Positions 1 through 12,925 of a stretch of DNA of 64,000 nucleotides are shown here, piece by piece. Source of the stretch: Macrostomum lignano (lineage: Eukaryota); the NCBI GenBank assembly GCA_002269645.1, contig NIVC01002603.1, positions 93,725 to 157,724 of the forward strand, read 5' to 3'. The notes beneath the pieces are model-generated. The model was not told where the DNA came from, searched no databases, and worked only from the letters and a program-made list of their open reading frames with translations. Position numbers and translations under genes: made by a program. Each line of letters starts with the position of its first letter. Positions within the stretch are counted from its first letter, which is position 1.

Positions 1-1029
1 GTACACTGGGCCAGGCAAACCCCGCCTCCTCCCCCAGCCACGCGCCGGGCCGCCCCACCACCCCACACTTGTCTGCCCTTTCAACACCCCCCTGGCGCGG
101 GTTTTTTATTACCGGGGGGAGAGTTAGAAGAGGAAGGACGCTGAACCGGGTAAGGGGGGTTGAGGTCTCAGACTTTTGGGGTTGGTGTGGTATACTGGGG
201 ACTGGTGTTGGTAGGTAATGCAAGAATGTTAGTTTTCAAGTTAGTTAATATATAGTGTGAGATCTTGGCTTGATACGCACGTACGTATGTAACGTACATT
301 TTTGTACACTCTCGCGCCCCTTGTATTTTTACCTTTCTGACTATTACTACATGATAGCTATTGCTTTCCACGCGGTTTTTTTTGCATTTTCAATCCCAAT
401 CTCAATGCGTCTGCCACCGCCGCATTGGCCAACTGACTACTACTGTGCGCTGTGCTGTGTGGGTTGGATAGAAAATGGAGCAGAAGCAGCAGAAATTAAA
501 GTCTTTTTATTGCACATACTTTTTAGTTAATCCCTGTCCTGCTGGGTGTTCTGCGTAGTGCACGCGTGTCCCAATTAGCTAATGTGTATTATAGTTGTAG
601 AAGTATAAAATATAGTAATAAAACATTTTTGTATTTGTGCCGAAAAATAATCCATTAACAGCCGTTATCTGGACAGACTAATGCATGACCCATGCTTGAT
701 TCTTGAAAATTCAGGATTAGTAAAAGGAATGCATCTAATATTGTCCAGTGACTCACTTGCCCAAACTTAGTAACTGCTGGGCAGTACAACTTATTTTTAG
801 CTGCACGCACACACGATGATGCGCATCGAATAGATGGAATTCTGGACTACAACGGATTTAATAGCTGGTCTGGCGGATGAAGAAGAAAGTTGAAGAAAAA
901 AACAGTGCACTGGCGAGTACGCTCGAACATGTTTGATTATCGACCAGTGCACATAACTTCGATCGTACTATTATTCAATACATTGCAACATACTTATTGT
1001 CACCGTTATGGAAATCAAGAAGTTTGACT

Positions 1030-1310
1030 TAGGGAACCAAAATGAGTGCCAGCCGCGCCAAAATAAGTGCCTGATCGTGTCTGCGGGCCAGAATGAGTGC
1101 CTGAATGCCTGCGGTGCCAAAATGAGTGCTTGCGGCGCCAAAATAAGTGCCTGAGTGCCCGCGGCGCCCTAATGAGTACCTGAGGCGCCAAAATGAGTGC
1201 CAGAGGCGCCAAAATGAGTACATGAGGCGCCAAAATGTGTTTCTGCGGCGCCAAAATAGTGCCTGGCCGGGCGCCAAAATGAGTGCCTGAGTCTGTGGCG
1301 CCAAAATGTC
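1030..1310. repeat. Degenerate ~20-bp minisatellite (GGCGCCAAAATGAGTGCCTGA-like)
   Basis: About a dozen imperfect copies of GCGCCAAAAT(G/A)AGT(G/A)C. Confidence 0.85.
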
Positions 1311-1734
1311 AGTGCTAACAATACCAATTTCAAATAATTATTACATTTAGGTGCTAAATGTAACTTTCTCCAATTCACTAAGTTCACGTATGCTACTACT
1401 CAACAAACTTATAACCAGTAGTAGTGAAGTAAACAAGCAATGTTCAATATATACAATAAATTTGAAGGCTCAAGTTTGATTAAGTGCAAAATGGCCCTAC
1501 AATAAATGACTACAGTAGCTACGAGCGTACATGCTATTCATTAGAATTGACAATCTGCTTTTTCGTTTGGCAGATGAACGCAGTGTTAATCTATACAAAA
1601 TTATTCACTGCATTTCAAAATCAATAATTTTGAGCGATATGAGATTGTGTAGAAACTCTTGGTCCAAGAGATCTGGAATCTGGACTCTATTCACCATTGT
1701 TTTTTCATTAATCATCATATCACTTATATATCCT

Positions 1735-2210
1735 CTAGATTCCCTTGTCTGTCCTCTAGATCCCCCTGTCACCCCTCTAGATTCCCCCCGTCGCCCCACT
1801 TCAGATTCTCCCTGCCACCTCGCTAGATTCCCCCTGGTACTGCTCTAAATTCCCCTCTGTCAGCTCTCTAGATTCCCCCTGGCACTGCTCTTAATTCCCC
1901 TCTGTCAGCTCTCTAGATTCCCCCTGGCACTGCTCTAAATTCCCCTCTGTCAGCTCTCTAGATTTCCCCTGGTACTGATCTAGATTCCCCTCTGTCACCC
2001 CTCTAGATTCCCCCCGTCGCCCCACTTCAGATTCTCCCTGCCACCTCTCTAGATTCCCCCTGGCACTGCTCTAAATTCCCCTCTGTCAGCTCTCTAGATT
2101 TCCCCTGGTACTGCTCTAGATTCCCCTCTGTCAGCTCTCTAGATTTCCCCTGGCACTGCTCTAAATTTCCCTCTGTCACCTCTCTAGATTCCCCCTGGCA
2201 CCCCTTTAAA
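1735..2210. repeat. Pyrimidine-rich ~21-22-bp minisatellite (CTCTAGATTCCCCCT...)
   Basis: Alternating units CTCTCTAGATTCCCCCTGGCAC and TGCTCTAAATTCCCCTCTGTCA. Confidence 0.85.
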
Positions 2211-2509
2211 TTCCCTGTTCGGTCACCGCAAAAGAGCGAATAATATTTGTGTTTATACTCGTATGAAATGATACTCGTGAATAGCTCTTACACGTTGCTG
2301 AGCCGACATTCCCATTAAATTAAAAATTCTTGAACTTTAGAACAAGCTACACCTTTGATCTTCAATAATTCAATAATTGATTCGTGAACTACAGGACTAC
2401 TTTAAATATTCAATAAAAGTATAAATTAAATAGCTTTTGTTTCAAACGACAACACTCAATACGTAAAAACTTGTGAGGTTAAAAACGCATTTCATGTCTA
2501 GAGGCAAGG

Positions 2510-3120
2510 GGTCGCCATCATAAGCTCGAAAAATCACATCGTCGAAAACAAGAAGGCTCCATCACAAGCTCGAAAAGTCACAAGCTCGAAAAGTCACAAG
2601 CTCGAAAAGTCACAAGCTCGAAAAGTCACAAGCTCGAAAAGTCACAAGCTCGAAAAGTCACAAGCTCGAAAAGTCACAAGCTCGAAAAGTCATAAGCTCG
2701 AAAAATCATATCGTCGAAAACTGATTTAGCAGCCACCATCACAAGCTCGAAAAGTCATAAGCTCGAAAAATCACATCGTCGAAAAGTTTAGCAAACATCA
2801 TCACAAGCTCGAAAAGGCACAAGCTCAAACCCTAACCCCAAGGCACTAACCCTAACCCTAAGGCACCAGTACCCTAGCCTAACCCTGAACCATAACCCAA
2901 ACCCCAACCCTAACCTAACCCTAAACCCTAACTTAAAGGCACTAGTTCTAACCCGACCCTAACCCTAAACCCTAACCTTAAGGCACAAGTTCAACCCCAA
3001 CCCTAAACTTAACCCTAAGCCCTAACCCTAAGGCACTAACTCTAACCCTAACCCTATTCAAGCTTGTGATGGTGGTTGCTAAACTTTTCGACGATGTGAT
3101 TTTTCGAGCTTGTGATGTGA
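2510..3120. mobile_element. Non-autonomous repeat: 16-bp tandem array, degenerate (CCCTAA)n core and an inverted arm (HINE/Helentron-like architecture)
   Basis: CACAAGCTCGAAAAGT tandem at ~2570-2700; CCCTAA-like tract at ~2830-3057; 3061-3118 is the reverse complement of ~2750-2812 (CATCACAAGCTCGAAAA...CACATCGTCGAAAAGTTTAGCAA). Confidence 0.5.
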
Positions 3121-3239
3121 TACTAAGGCATTCAAGGCTATAAGAGTGCATGTTGAATTAGCCATGATGCAGCCGATTAATCTGCACGCACTCGCACAGG
3201 GTGTGAACTCTCTAGGACGAAAACCCGTCGGAATCGTTT

Positions 3240-3830
3240 AAACCATGCCAATAGTAGCGACCTATGGCTCGTTCTCTTTGCCACCTGAGTTTCTGGGCTC
3301 TCCATCGGCCCACAGAGCGGCGCTCACGCCCAGGCCGCAGGCAACCCACCGCCAGCCTTCGCGCGGCTCGCCGCTGCCCTTGCAGTCTAGTAGCCGCCCA
3401 TGCCACACGGATCCGCCATCCGCGAGTACACTCTGCTGAACTGCGAGTTGATGAAGCTTAATCTCTGCAGCATCCAACACGTCGGCCATGATTTAGAGAC
3501 TGAACTCACTGTCGCACCTCAGCTCTGCTGCCATGCAGTTGGCTCAGGGTTGGATTACAGCTTGTACTTCACTCCGCACAGCTGCTCATCGTAGTCAGAC
3601 GGACACAGCCTTCCTGGCTGCAGAAAGAGCCGACCAGTGGCTGAGCAGCTGCAGAATTTCTCACCCGTTTGCTGCACCTGACAGCTGGCACTGACGTGCG
3701 CAGTGCTGAAGGCCTGACAGCGCGACTGAGCACAGCAGCTAGGGCCGGAGCACTCGGCCTCCGATGCAGCCCGGCTCTGATGGGTATCTTCGTGAATTCG
3801 CTGTTGATGCAGACTGGCGTTGACCGCCAT
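3240..3830 (-). pseudogene. Disrupted C-type lectin domain gene with a Cys-rich (PAN/apple-like) N-terminal part
   Basis: Minus-strand translation CPSDYDEQLCGVKYKL*...AAELRCDSEFSL*...VWHGRLLD...GWRW...WADGEPRNSGGKEN resembles the CTLD pattern W..GEPNN.GG.E. Two TAA stops and a frame change are present. Confidence 0.5.
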
Positions 3831-6319
3831 GAATGAATCCTTCGGGGTGCAGCCACTGCCGCCAGTGGCCTGGGAGCCGAGGATGCAGAGAGTCAGCAGG
3901 AGGGCTCTGTTGATGAATGTTCATGAATAGTGTTCAGAGATCAGAGAGATACACATGTGTAATGTAACTTCGATTTTTGAGTTCTAACCGCATGCAGTCA
4001 GCTGCTTACAAAGCCTGGCGTGGTACATTGCAGACATTTTAATGTCGAATTAATGGTCATTTAGATTTATTAAATTGCATCATAACTTTTAATAAATGCT
4101 AATCTGGCAAAAAGCTGCAACACTTTTTTTTCATGGCATATCGTCTCCTATTACCGCTCTTGTGCCCTTCACGCAAATTCATTTCTTAATCGTGCAATTC
4201 ATCAAATTTGCAACTAACAATCAATACAGCATTGCTAATAAAATACGGATTACTATTCAAAATTCCGTGCATCAGGTAAGACAGTGTGAAGTGAATAAAT
4301 CGACTACCGTTGCAGCTCACCTGGAGAAAGGACCCACACTGAATCGAAGCAGATGTACGATTTACAAACGAACAAAAGAACCACCGTCTCGCTCTACCGG
4401 GTATTGTCCCATTTGAAAGTTGGTTCTGAAAGTACAGATGCTCATTCTGCCCGATCTGCCGAGATCTTTTTTTTCTGAAGCACCCTGATAGGAACCCAAT
4501 TAAACGAAGCTCGAAAACGTATAAAGTAAAGGACTGAGTAAAAAAGTGTACAATGATTTGCTATTATTTTTTTATAGTAATTGAAAATTAAAACTTACAC
4601 CGCTGTCACTCACATTTTTGGCGTTTAAGTTAAAATTTTATTTGTATGCAAATTTCTTAGAAAATTGCACTAATTTAATTGTACACACTAACAAGGACTA
4701 AGTTTTGTAACTCGCAAAAAATACGTTGAAGGTTTGAAGTAAAATATTTGATTTGAAATTTAATTATTACCAAATCGGAATTAGTAATTAGAATCGTCTT
4801 TAGACTAGTCTTGAGTTGGACTTATATTAGGCCTAGTGTATCTTACTTGAATGGTAGTAAATCCTACTAAGCCTCCCAGGAATAAACTATCCAATTTTCA
4901 ATATATTGTCTTGTCTACTTATTTTATAGATGCATATTGTGTTAATATTTTACAATACATTTAATAATAAGGCCTAAGACAAATACAAAGTGAAATAAAT
5001 AGGCCCTAAGCCAAGGTCTAGAATCTGGATTCTTGTTTACAAAATAGTCTGAGAGTTTTTCAGCTTTCAAAATTCCCAAGTCTTTGTCTTTGCTTTTGAT
5101 AGTTAGCCCAAAGTAAAGTGTAGGAAAACAATATTTTTATATTGCATTATTACTATTATTAGGCTTTGATTGTTCTACTAGGCCTGGTCTACTTCAAAAT
5201 GGTATATGAAAATGTCACCTTAAGAAGAATCAAAGATGATCCATTTGAGGAGTCTGCCTCAATTAATGGATGCTCAGTAGAACTACTTTCACCATGTAGT
5301 AACCTGATGATAGTTTGTAAAAAGTAAGTATTTACTTTAATAAAAATTTAAATTATTTATAAAGTTTTTTAGACTTATTTATTTTAGGCTTTGCTATATT
5401 TATCATTAGTATAAGCCTAATTTGCTCTAGACATATGCTTATGATTATATATAAGCTCTACTGTATTGTAGTAAACAAAATAATATTTAAATTTTTTTGT
5501 ACAATCAAAGCTAAAATGTTGTAGAATTTAGGCTTAGGATTATTCGATTAAATTTGAACTTTAATAAATAATATGGCCTATAATAATTTATAACACCAAG
5601 ATTATTTGGCCAAATTGGCTAGGTGACAAGGTGTTTTAAAAGTATTTGCCCTAGCAAATTAATACCCAGTGTCCGCATTGTCGGAATAATGCCAGAATAT
5701 TATGCCAGCATCATGCCAGACTGAATGTCGCGACGAGATCCAGGCATAATGTTAGCATGAAGTGCCAGTATAATGCTGCTTTTATGCCAACTATATGCGA
5801 CTGATATGCCTATTCAATTACGTAGTTAACCAATGTACTTCGCAGCATTGTGGCTGCATTGTTGGAATAATGCTGGCATATCATGCCAGACTGAATTTCG
5901 CGACGGGATCCAGGCATTATGTTAGCATGAAATGCCAGTGTAATGCTGCTTTTATACCAACTATATGCGACTGATATGCCTGTTCAATTATATAGTAAAC
6001 CAATGTATGTCGTAGCTTTCTGTGGCTTATAAATAATGCAATTGTTGTCCAATTATTACAATAAAGCACTTAACCCTTTTTGAACTCCACAAGGCTTTAA
6101 TTAGGCTTTAGGAAATGGTACAAAAGAACTAAACACAAGTGTATTGTAAAAAAGATGGCGCAGAAAAGTATTTTTTTAACATTGAAAACAATGGTAGGAA
6201 CATGTTTTTAGTTCTTTAATTCTTTTATAATTTAACTTAAATAGTAACTTAATTCTTTTTTAATTTAACTTAAATAGTAACTTAAATAGCATGGGAAAAC
6301 AGAAACATAACAACATAAA

Positions 6320-6850
6320 AATATAAACAGAATATAGCAACAAAAACAACATACAAAAGTTATAAGCAGATACTTCTTTAAAAGATAGGGTCCCAAATAC
6401 AGCAAAGAGTCTGAATTCTGTTGCCTTAAAATGAGAAAGCTTGGTATCAAATTGCCTTGGCCGTCACTGAAACTCATTTGGTATAAATTTTGCCAAAGAA
6501 ATCGACTTTTCAGACAGCTCAGCCAAAGCAGTTGGGTGTAATTTACAACAAAGACAAAAACCCTTTACAGTGGAGAAAAAACTTTAACAATTGGCGAACA
6601 ACTCCCAAACAAACAGAATGTTAGTAATCAACAGGGAAACCAGACTGCAAGTTTGCATTGTCAATGAGTGGCGAAATCTGCAGTTGGTTATTCTCAAGAC
6701 CAGATTTGTAGTCCGCATCTGTTCTTTTAATGCCTACAAAAGTTTTGTAAACCACCCTATCTTCAGCGAAACTTCTTCAACCTTGACAGTAATTGCATCC
6801 CAGCTTCGAAGCATGTGACTTTGAATTTGCATTGTTCAAATTGAATGCTC
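6320..6850 (-). pseudogene. CACTA/EnSpm transposase fragment with multiple stops and a frameshift
   Basis: Motifs KSHASKLGCNYCQG, SPLIDNANLQSGFPVDY*HSVCLGVVRQLL (FP.DYMH..CLGV) and EFQ*RPR...FKATEFRLF/LYLGPY (KATEFR.FLLY.GP) are hallmarks of animal EnSpm transposases. Confidence 0.75.
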
Positions 6851-7385
6851 ATCTGAAATAAGAAATAATGCATGAATTGGACTTTAGATAACATGTTTAT
6901 TTGGCTTTTAACTCCCACTTACAAACTTTTCTTTTTTCAATTCCCATAGTCTTCTCCTCTCCTTTCTACCACTTATATAGTTGTCTAATATATATCTATT
7001 ATTCTTTTCCAATCCCTGTCTTTCCTTCTCTTAGAATCTTAGATAAACTGACTATTAAGGAAGAAAATACTTAATACTACTCAATACTTAATATTTAATA
7101 TTATATACTATAGAATATTTTCCCAATTGGCATAGAATTATGTAGATAATGCTGCTCCTAGTCCTAGTCTTATCCACATAGTAAACTAATAAAATTGATT
7201 GATCTTTTTCAATATATACCATGAAAATAATGTCCCTCTTTAACAACATGCTATACTTGCAATATATAAAAATATTAAACTACATATTAACATAATACAC
7301 TGCATATTAACTGCTTTTGCTATACTTAATATTGTATCAATATATCATATTTAGACATTTAATCATGAAAATATCATGAACATTA

Positions 7386-8523
7386 TAGTGTTCCGCCGTA
7401 ATTACGGCTACGGCTACGGCAAATTATGGCTACGACACTTTTGAAGCCGTATTTTCATTACGGATTATGGTTATGGACATATTTTGAGCTTACGGTTACG
7501 GTTACGGATTACGGAGATTTTTCTAGACTTGCCGTAATTGGTAGCCGTAACAAAAATTATTTATTTTTAACTGTTTAGTGTTATAAAAGAATTTTTTTAT
7601 ATCAACTTCAACCAGTTTTCATTTTGTTTTACTAGTTATTATTATTTTTTACATTTGTTAAGTTTCTAAATATCTACAAAACTTCTTGAAAATGAAAAAC
7701 GAATTTTTTCACGAATTTTCTCATTAGGCATACGGCATAGCATAGCATAGCGATAGCATGATAGCAGCGAGACAGAGAGAGCCAGTCAAAGCCTACAAGA
7801 GACTAAGAATCTGGCATTCTTATTTCTTAGCCATATGTAGTATTTAGCTCCTTAGCATAAAAATAGGATATTAGATTTAGATTATGAGGATAAGGATGAA
7901 AGAATATTAATAAGGAAATACTAAATAAATACTAATAGGATAAGAATATGAATTATGATTGAAAATTGATTGAAACCAAAGAAGACAATACAATAGACAA
8001 TGCAATAAAATGAAAATGAAAAATGTAACATGCAATTTCTTAGTCATTGGAAATTTTGAAGCAGTTTTATTTGAACAAATTCATATATTTATTTAATGAT
8101 ATTAAACATACACATTGACCTTGGCACGTCAGTCATATATTCATATTGTAGCGAAACAAAACAGAATCACGACACAGAAAACTGAAAAAGGCACCAAGCA
8201 CACAATTGCATACAACAATGCTATAGAATACTTCGATAAAGATATTATATTTACGAAAAAATAAATGAATATTAATGCATGAACAAACAACAAGTAGGTT
8301 TTATTGCTATCCTTTTATCCTTTTTATCTGTCCTTTTCTGTCTGCCCTACTTTTCATGCAAAAATATCAATTTTTGTTATACATTACGGCTACAGTTACG
8401 GCAAATTACGGTTACGGACTTTTTTAGCCCATAATGACGGCAAAATTCGGCTACGGAAGTTGCTTCTTTCTTACGGCTACGGTTACGGTTACGGAGGTCA
8501 AAACTCGCGGCGGCGGAACACTA
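7386..8523. mobile_element. hAT-family non-autonomous element (MITE) nested in the CACTA element
   Basis: 13-bp TIR TAGTGTTCCGCCG / CGGCGGAACACTA; exact 8-bp TSD GAACATTA at 7378-7385 and 8524-8531; subterminal TTACGG(C/T)TACGG repeats at both ends. Confidence 0.9.
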
Positions 8524-11500
8524 GAACATTACAATATAAAAAATAAAAAATTAGAATTTAAAAAGCCATAATAAAGTCTTAAACTATGATGGAAAAAATA
8601 TATTTATCACATTTTTAATATTGCTAAAAAATTGATATTCAATTTAAATTTTTTGTTTATAGAATTTGCCTTTATATATTATTATATTATATTTATTTTT
8701 TGTAGGTAACCAAATAAATCCTATTAAATCAAAATAAATTGGCACTTTATAGTTAAATTAGTAATTAAATAACAAGAATATAAGATATAATGCCTAGGTT
8801 TATTTTTGGGCCATATGGGATTTTTTGGCCCCTTGAAAATCTCATTGGCAATTGGATTTTTGGCATCAGAGGCCAATCTAGCAACTTTATTTCCCTGTGC
8901 CAGTTGCCACTTTCAGAAAATGATTTTACAAGTATAATAAAAATGTTATAGGCCTATCAATCTAAGTTGATGCAAAAACAAAGTTGCAAAAATGGACAAT
9001 TTCAATGTCAATTTAATACCAAGTCCCAAACTGTCTCATTCACATAGTCATATAGTGCATCCATGTTTTAATGAGCCCTAGAAATATCTAGATCCTCAAG
9101 AATGTGGGTAGTTGGGTTGCTAGTGGGCAACCAAAAATAGCCATTGGCAACTGGATTTCTAACCTTAAAAAAACCTAGGCTTTATATATATACAGAGTAA
9201 ATTAAGGACCTATTCATTAGGCCTAACTTATAAGTATAAAAGGTTAAACCTTTTTTTGCCTTATACAATAATATACTATAGGCCTAGCTATGTCTATAAC
9301 CTATAATTAGGCCTACAATGAATTATTATTCTGTCTATAGATATTTAGATAAGTACTTTACTATAAGTAGACCTCTTAAAGGCTTAAGTGTCCCAGTAAA
9401 TAAAATAGTTAAGAAACTGGAAAAAGCCTATTGTCTGATTTCAACATTTGTTTCATTGATTTAGATAAAACTTAAAATTAGTTTTATCCTTTTTTGACAA
9501 CTGAATATGTAATTGTTTGCTATTTGCAATATAAACTACAAGGAACAGTATTATATCATATCATATTTTAACAGCAATTTATACAACAAAGCAACTAAAA
9601 ACTGGTGTATATAAAATATGACAAGTACAATATTTCACATAGGCCTATGCCTATAGAGCCTAGGCTAGTACATTAACATATATAACTTTGTAATATCATA
9701 TACAGCCTTAGAAAATTGTCAGACTGCACCCACTACTATTGCTAGAAACTAATATACAAATGCCTTGTTAGAAAAGGTATTTTTCTGCACATACATATAA
9801 AAGCCAGTACAATTGATTGAGACAGACTAGGCCTAAGACAAATGAGTGTAAAAAGCATCAATTAAAAATGTGCTATATTTTTGTTCAATATTGTTCAATA
9901 TTTAGTATTATAACAAAAAATAAAAACATGTATAACTACTATAGCCAAAAGATAACATAGCTTAAAATAAACCATCTAAATATTACTTGTATGACTACTA
10001 TTTGTAGTCCATTCAGTATATATAAGAAACATGTACAATTTAAATTATATCAAATCAACGAAATGAACAAGCATTTGCATGCTGTATATATGCGAAAATT
10101 ATGAAGACAGTAAAATTTGTCAATGGGTATCTTTGAAGACTATTATAAATTTGGGACTATTCAGGAACCTGCATAAAATCTTTTCCTTCTAAATTTCTCA
10201 AAGTCATATTTTTAGCACTTAATGCCTTAATTGTGCCGTGGCATGCACAGGCCAAATTTATTCCAGTTTGATGCTGCGTCTAAAAAAAAGAATTGCTGGC
10301 AAAACTGAAAGCTCTTTCAATAAATATCAAACAGATATCAATGCAACACAAATTTGGAATTTTTTTGCTTGTCAAAAATATGCTGACGCGTCAGCATAAT
10401 TATGGCATAATGCTGACATCATGGACACTGGGTATATTCATTCAAGCCATCAAAATTGTTACATATGACATAGTCAACTTTTAAGTCTACATAATTTTTC
10501 TAATGTAACGTAAGCTTGTGAAGGCCATCATTAAAGAAACTTCTTGGTGTAGCCTCTAGGCATCTGTTTAATGCATATTTTTAGGCTAGTGAAATGGTAA
10601 CCACAGTGATTTTTTATTGGTCCAAAAAGGTGATAGTTGCTAGTGCCAAATTTAATAGGGCCTAAATAGGCAGGGTATAGAAGCAGTTCTTAATGACAAT
10701 TACCAACTATTTTTGCAGTGTGCTTGGCTGTGTAAAACCTAACATTGCTTTGCCTAAGGAGCAGCTAAGAGTATAGCTTTCTAAGTAATTTTTCAATAAT
10801 TTTTGGCAAAGTTGCCTACTTAGCAGGTTAGTGTAATAAGCAATGTTGATTAGGCAGCTTGACTCAAAGAAAATCAATATAGATTGTACCTTCAGTGTCC
10901 TAAAAGAGAGTGATCATTGTTTCCCCCAAAAATAAAGCCACATAGACCTTGATAGGTGACTTACTTAACTGCCTTTGGTTTCTAGATTGTAGTATAGAAA
11001 CTAGGTCTTATCAACAATGCATTGCCAGAATGGCTTGCTATACTTTTTAACCAGAGTCAGCAGGTGCTTACACTTGTCAGCCTACTCATGCTTTTGGTAG
11101 ACACCCAATAGCTAAGGCACATATTTGGTGAACAACTTGCTAAGTTGCAGCTCATCATGCATAATTATGTGAATGTGTGCCACACTATACATGCGCAACC
11201 TCCAAAATTTGGTCAGCCATTGACTTAGTTTTAACGAAAATGTGACATAGTTTTTGGCCAGAAATGCAACTTACATGTAAAAAAACCCTGTAGCAAAATT
11301 AACACAACTTTGGGTAAACAGCAGGAGTAACTATGACTGTCTTATTAAGACAAAATGCCTCATCAGCTACTTAGTACTACTACTTTGGTGCTTTTTCGAG
11401 TGGGCATTTTTGCAACTTCCTTGATTGGCCACCAAATCAGTTGGCCAGATCGGCTGACTCGGCCGACTGTTGCGCACATACATGCCTAACACCTGTCCAA

Positions 11501-11639
11501 CCTGTCCGAACCGGACAGGTGAAATGGCCGCCGGCCAAGGTAAGTTGCCAAATCAAAAATGGGAAATGAAAAAAAATTAAGGGAAGAAAGAAAGGAGAGG
11601 AAGAGAAAAGGAAAAGAAAGGAAAAAGAAGAGAGAGGAG

Positions 11640-11795
11640 AGGAACTAAGTCGCAATCAGGAGGAACTAAGTCGCAATCAGGAGGAACTAAGTCGCAATCA
11701 GGAGGAACTAAGTCGCAATCAGGAGGAACTAAGTCGCAATCAGGAGGAACTAAGTCGCAATCAGGAGGAACTAAGTCGCAATCGGGAGGAACTAA
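11640..11795. repeat. 21-bp minisatellite GGAGGAACTAAGTCGCAATCA, ~7 copies
   Basis: Near-perfect tandem copies. Confidence 0.9.
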
Positions 11796-11899
11796 GTTGT
11801 CTTGAATCCCATATTCTAAATTGTCTCCAAATCCTCTGCAAAGCCTTTCAAATACCATATCTTGTTTTCCCTGTTTGCAAAAACTGACTGCCATTGTCC

Positions 11900-12340
11900 A
11901 GACTCAGACTCTCATGTCTCCTCTCTGCATTCTCGCCGTTACTCTCTTCCCCCTCCTCCTCTCTACCTCTTTATTTATCTCTTCTCCCTCGTGTTTCGTC
12001 TGTATCCTCTCCTGTGTCCTCTCTTCTCCCTTATCTCTCCCCTCTTCTCTCCTCTCTCATATCTCATCTCTACTCATTTATCTATCGTCTCTCCTATACT
12101 CTCTCTCTTTTCTTTCTCCTCGCTACTCTCATTTATCTTATTTTCTATACCCTCTCCTTTCTTCTCTTAACTCTCTTATCTCTGACCTTTCATTTCTTTC
12201 CTCTCTCCTCTCTTTTATTTCAGCTGTACGCTCTTATCTCTCCTTTATTTTCTCTCCTTTATTTTCTCTCCTCTCATCTCTCCTGTCTCCTGTCTGCTAT
12301 CTCATATCTCCACTCTCATCTCATCTCTCATCTCAGCTAC
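11900..12340. repeat. CT-rich low-complexity tract
   Basis: Polypyrimidine sequence; the overlapping ORFs are L/S-rich artefacts. Confidence 0.8.
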
Positions 12341-12775
12341 ACCATCACCTGATCCCTGGGCTGCACTTAAGATTGCTGGTAAATTTTCTTCTAATATCCA
12401 ATGCACACTAGAACAATCAATAACTTCTCCAGTGAGTTACACGACCAAGTTTCCATCATGTAAAGAGCAATGGCTTTTGCTCTTCAGTTGCAGAAAGGGG
12501 GAACCGGTTGATAGAATAGTCTTCATGGCCTTTTTTGTCCCACTCGCAGGATTCAGTATATAGTCAGGTGCAGCTCTATCTTTAAGTGAAGTACATAATA
12601 ACTCAATGAATGTACATGAGTGCACGAGTGCAAATTTGCACAAGTACAAGTACAAAGTGCATAAGTGTATATATATACAAGTTAGTTTGCCAGATATATA
12701 GTACAGTATGTAGAGTGTAGCCTACAGGGTACAGGCTACAGTGCAGTTTAGTACTGCAGTCTGCAACATACATGT

Positions 12776-12925
12776 GCAACCTTGGGAATCACCCAGCCAT
12801 TTCTATTGACAACACACACATGTCAATCTATTGGACAGAAAAGTAGTCACATGACTGCTCTCAGCCAATTGCGATTTACATGTGTGTGTTGCCAATAGAA
12901 ACAGCCAGGTGAATCCCAAGGTTGC
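12776..12925. mobile_element. 150-bp foldback/MITE-like element
   Basis: ~48-bp imperfect inverted arms GCAACCTTGGGAATCACC...TTCTATTGACAACACACACATGT / ACATGTGTGTGTTGCCAATAGAA...GGTGAATCCCAAGGTTGC; no TSD seen. Confidence 0.55.

Larger units (their letters stand above)
5665..10432 (-). mobile_element. Decayed CACTA/EnSpm-superfamily DNA transposon (CCCAG termini)
   Basis: Perfect 10-bp TIR CCCAGTGTCC (5665-5674) / GGACACTGGG (10423-10432), extending imperfectly to ~40 bp; TA on both flanks; ~170-bp subterminal tandem duplication at ~5680-6010; transposase remnant inside. Confidence 0.75.

Noticed and set aside
2830-3057. True telomere or chromosome fusion site
   Set aside because: The tract is short, degenerate, in one orientation only and embedded between inverted arms of a repeat.
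4455-4490. Possible Tc1/mariner end (TA-CAGGGTGCTTCAGAAAAAA on the minus strand)
   Set aside because: No matching second TIR or transposase was found in the window.
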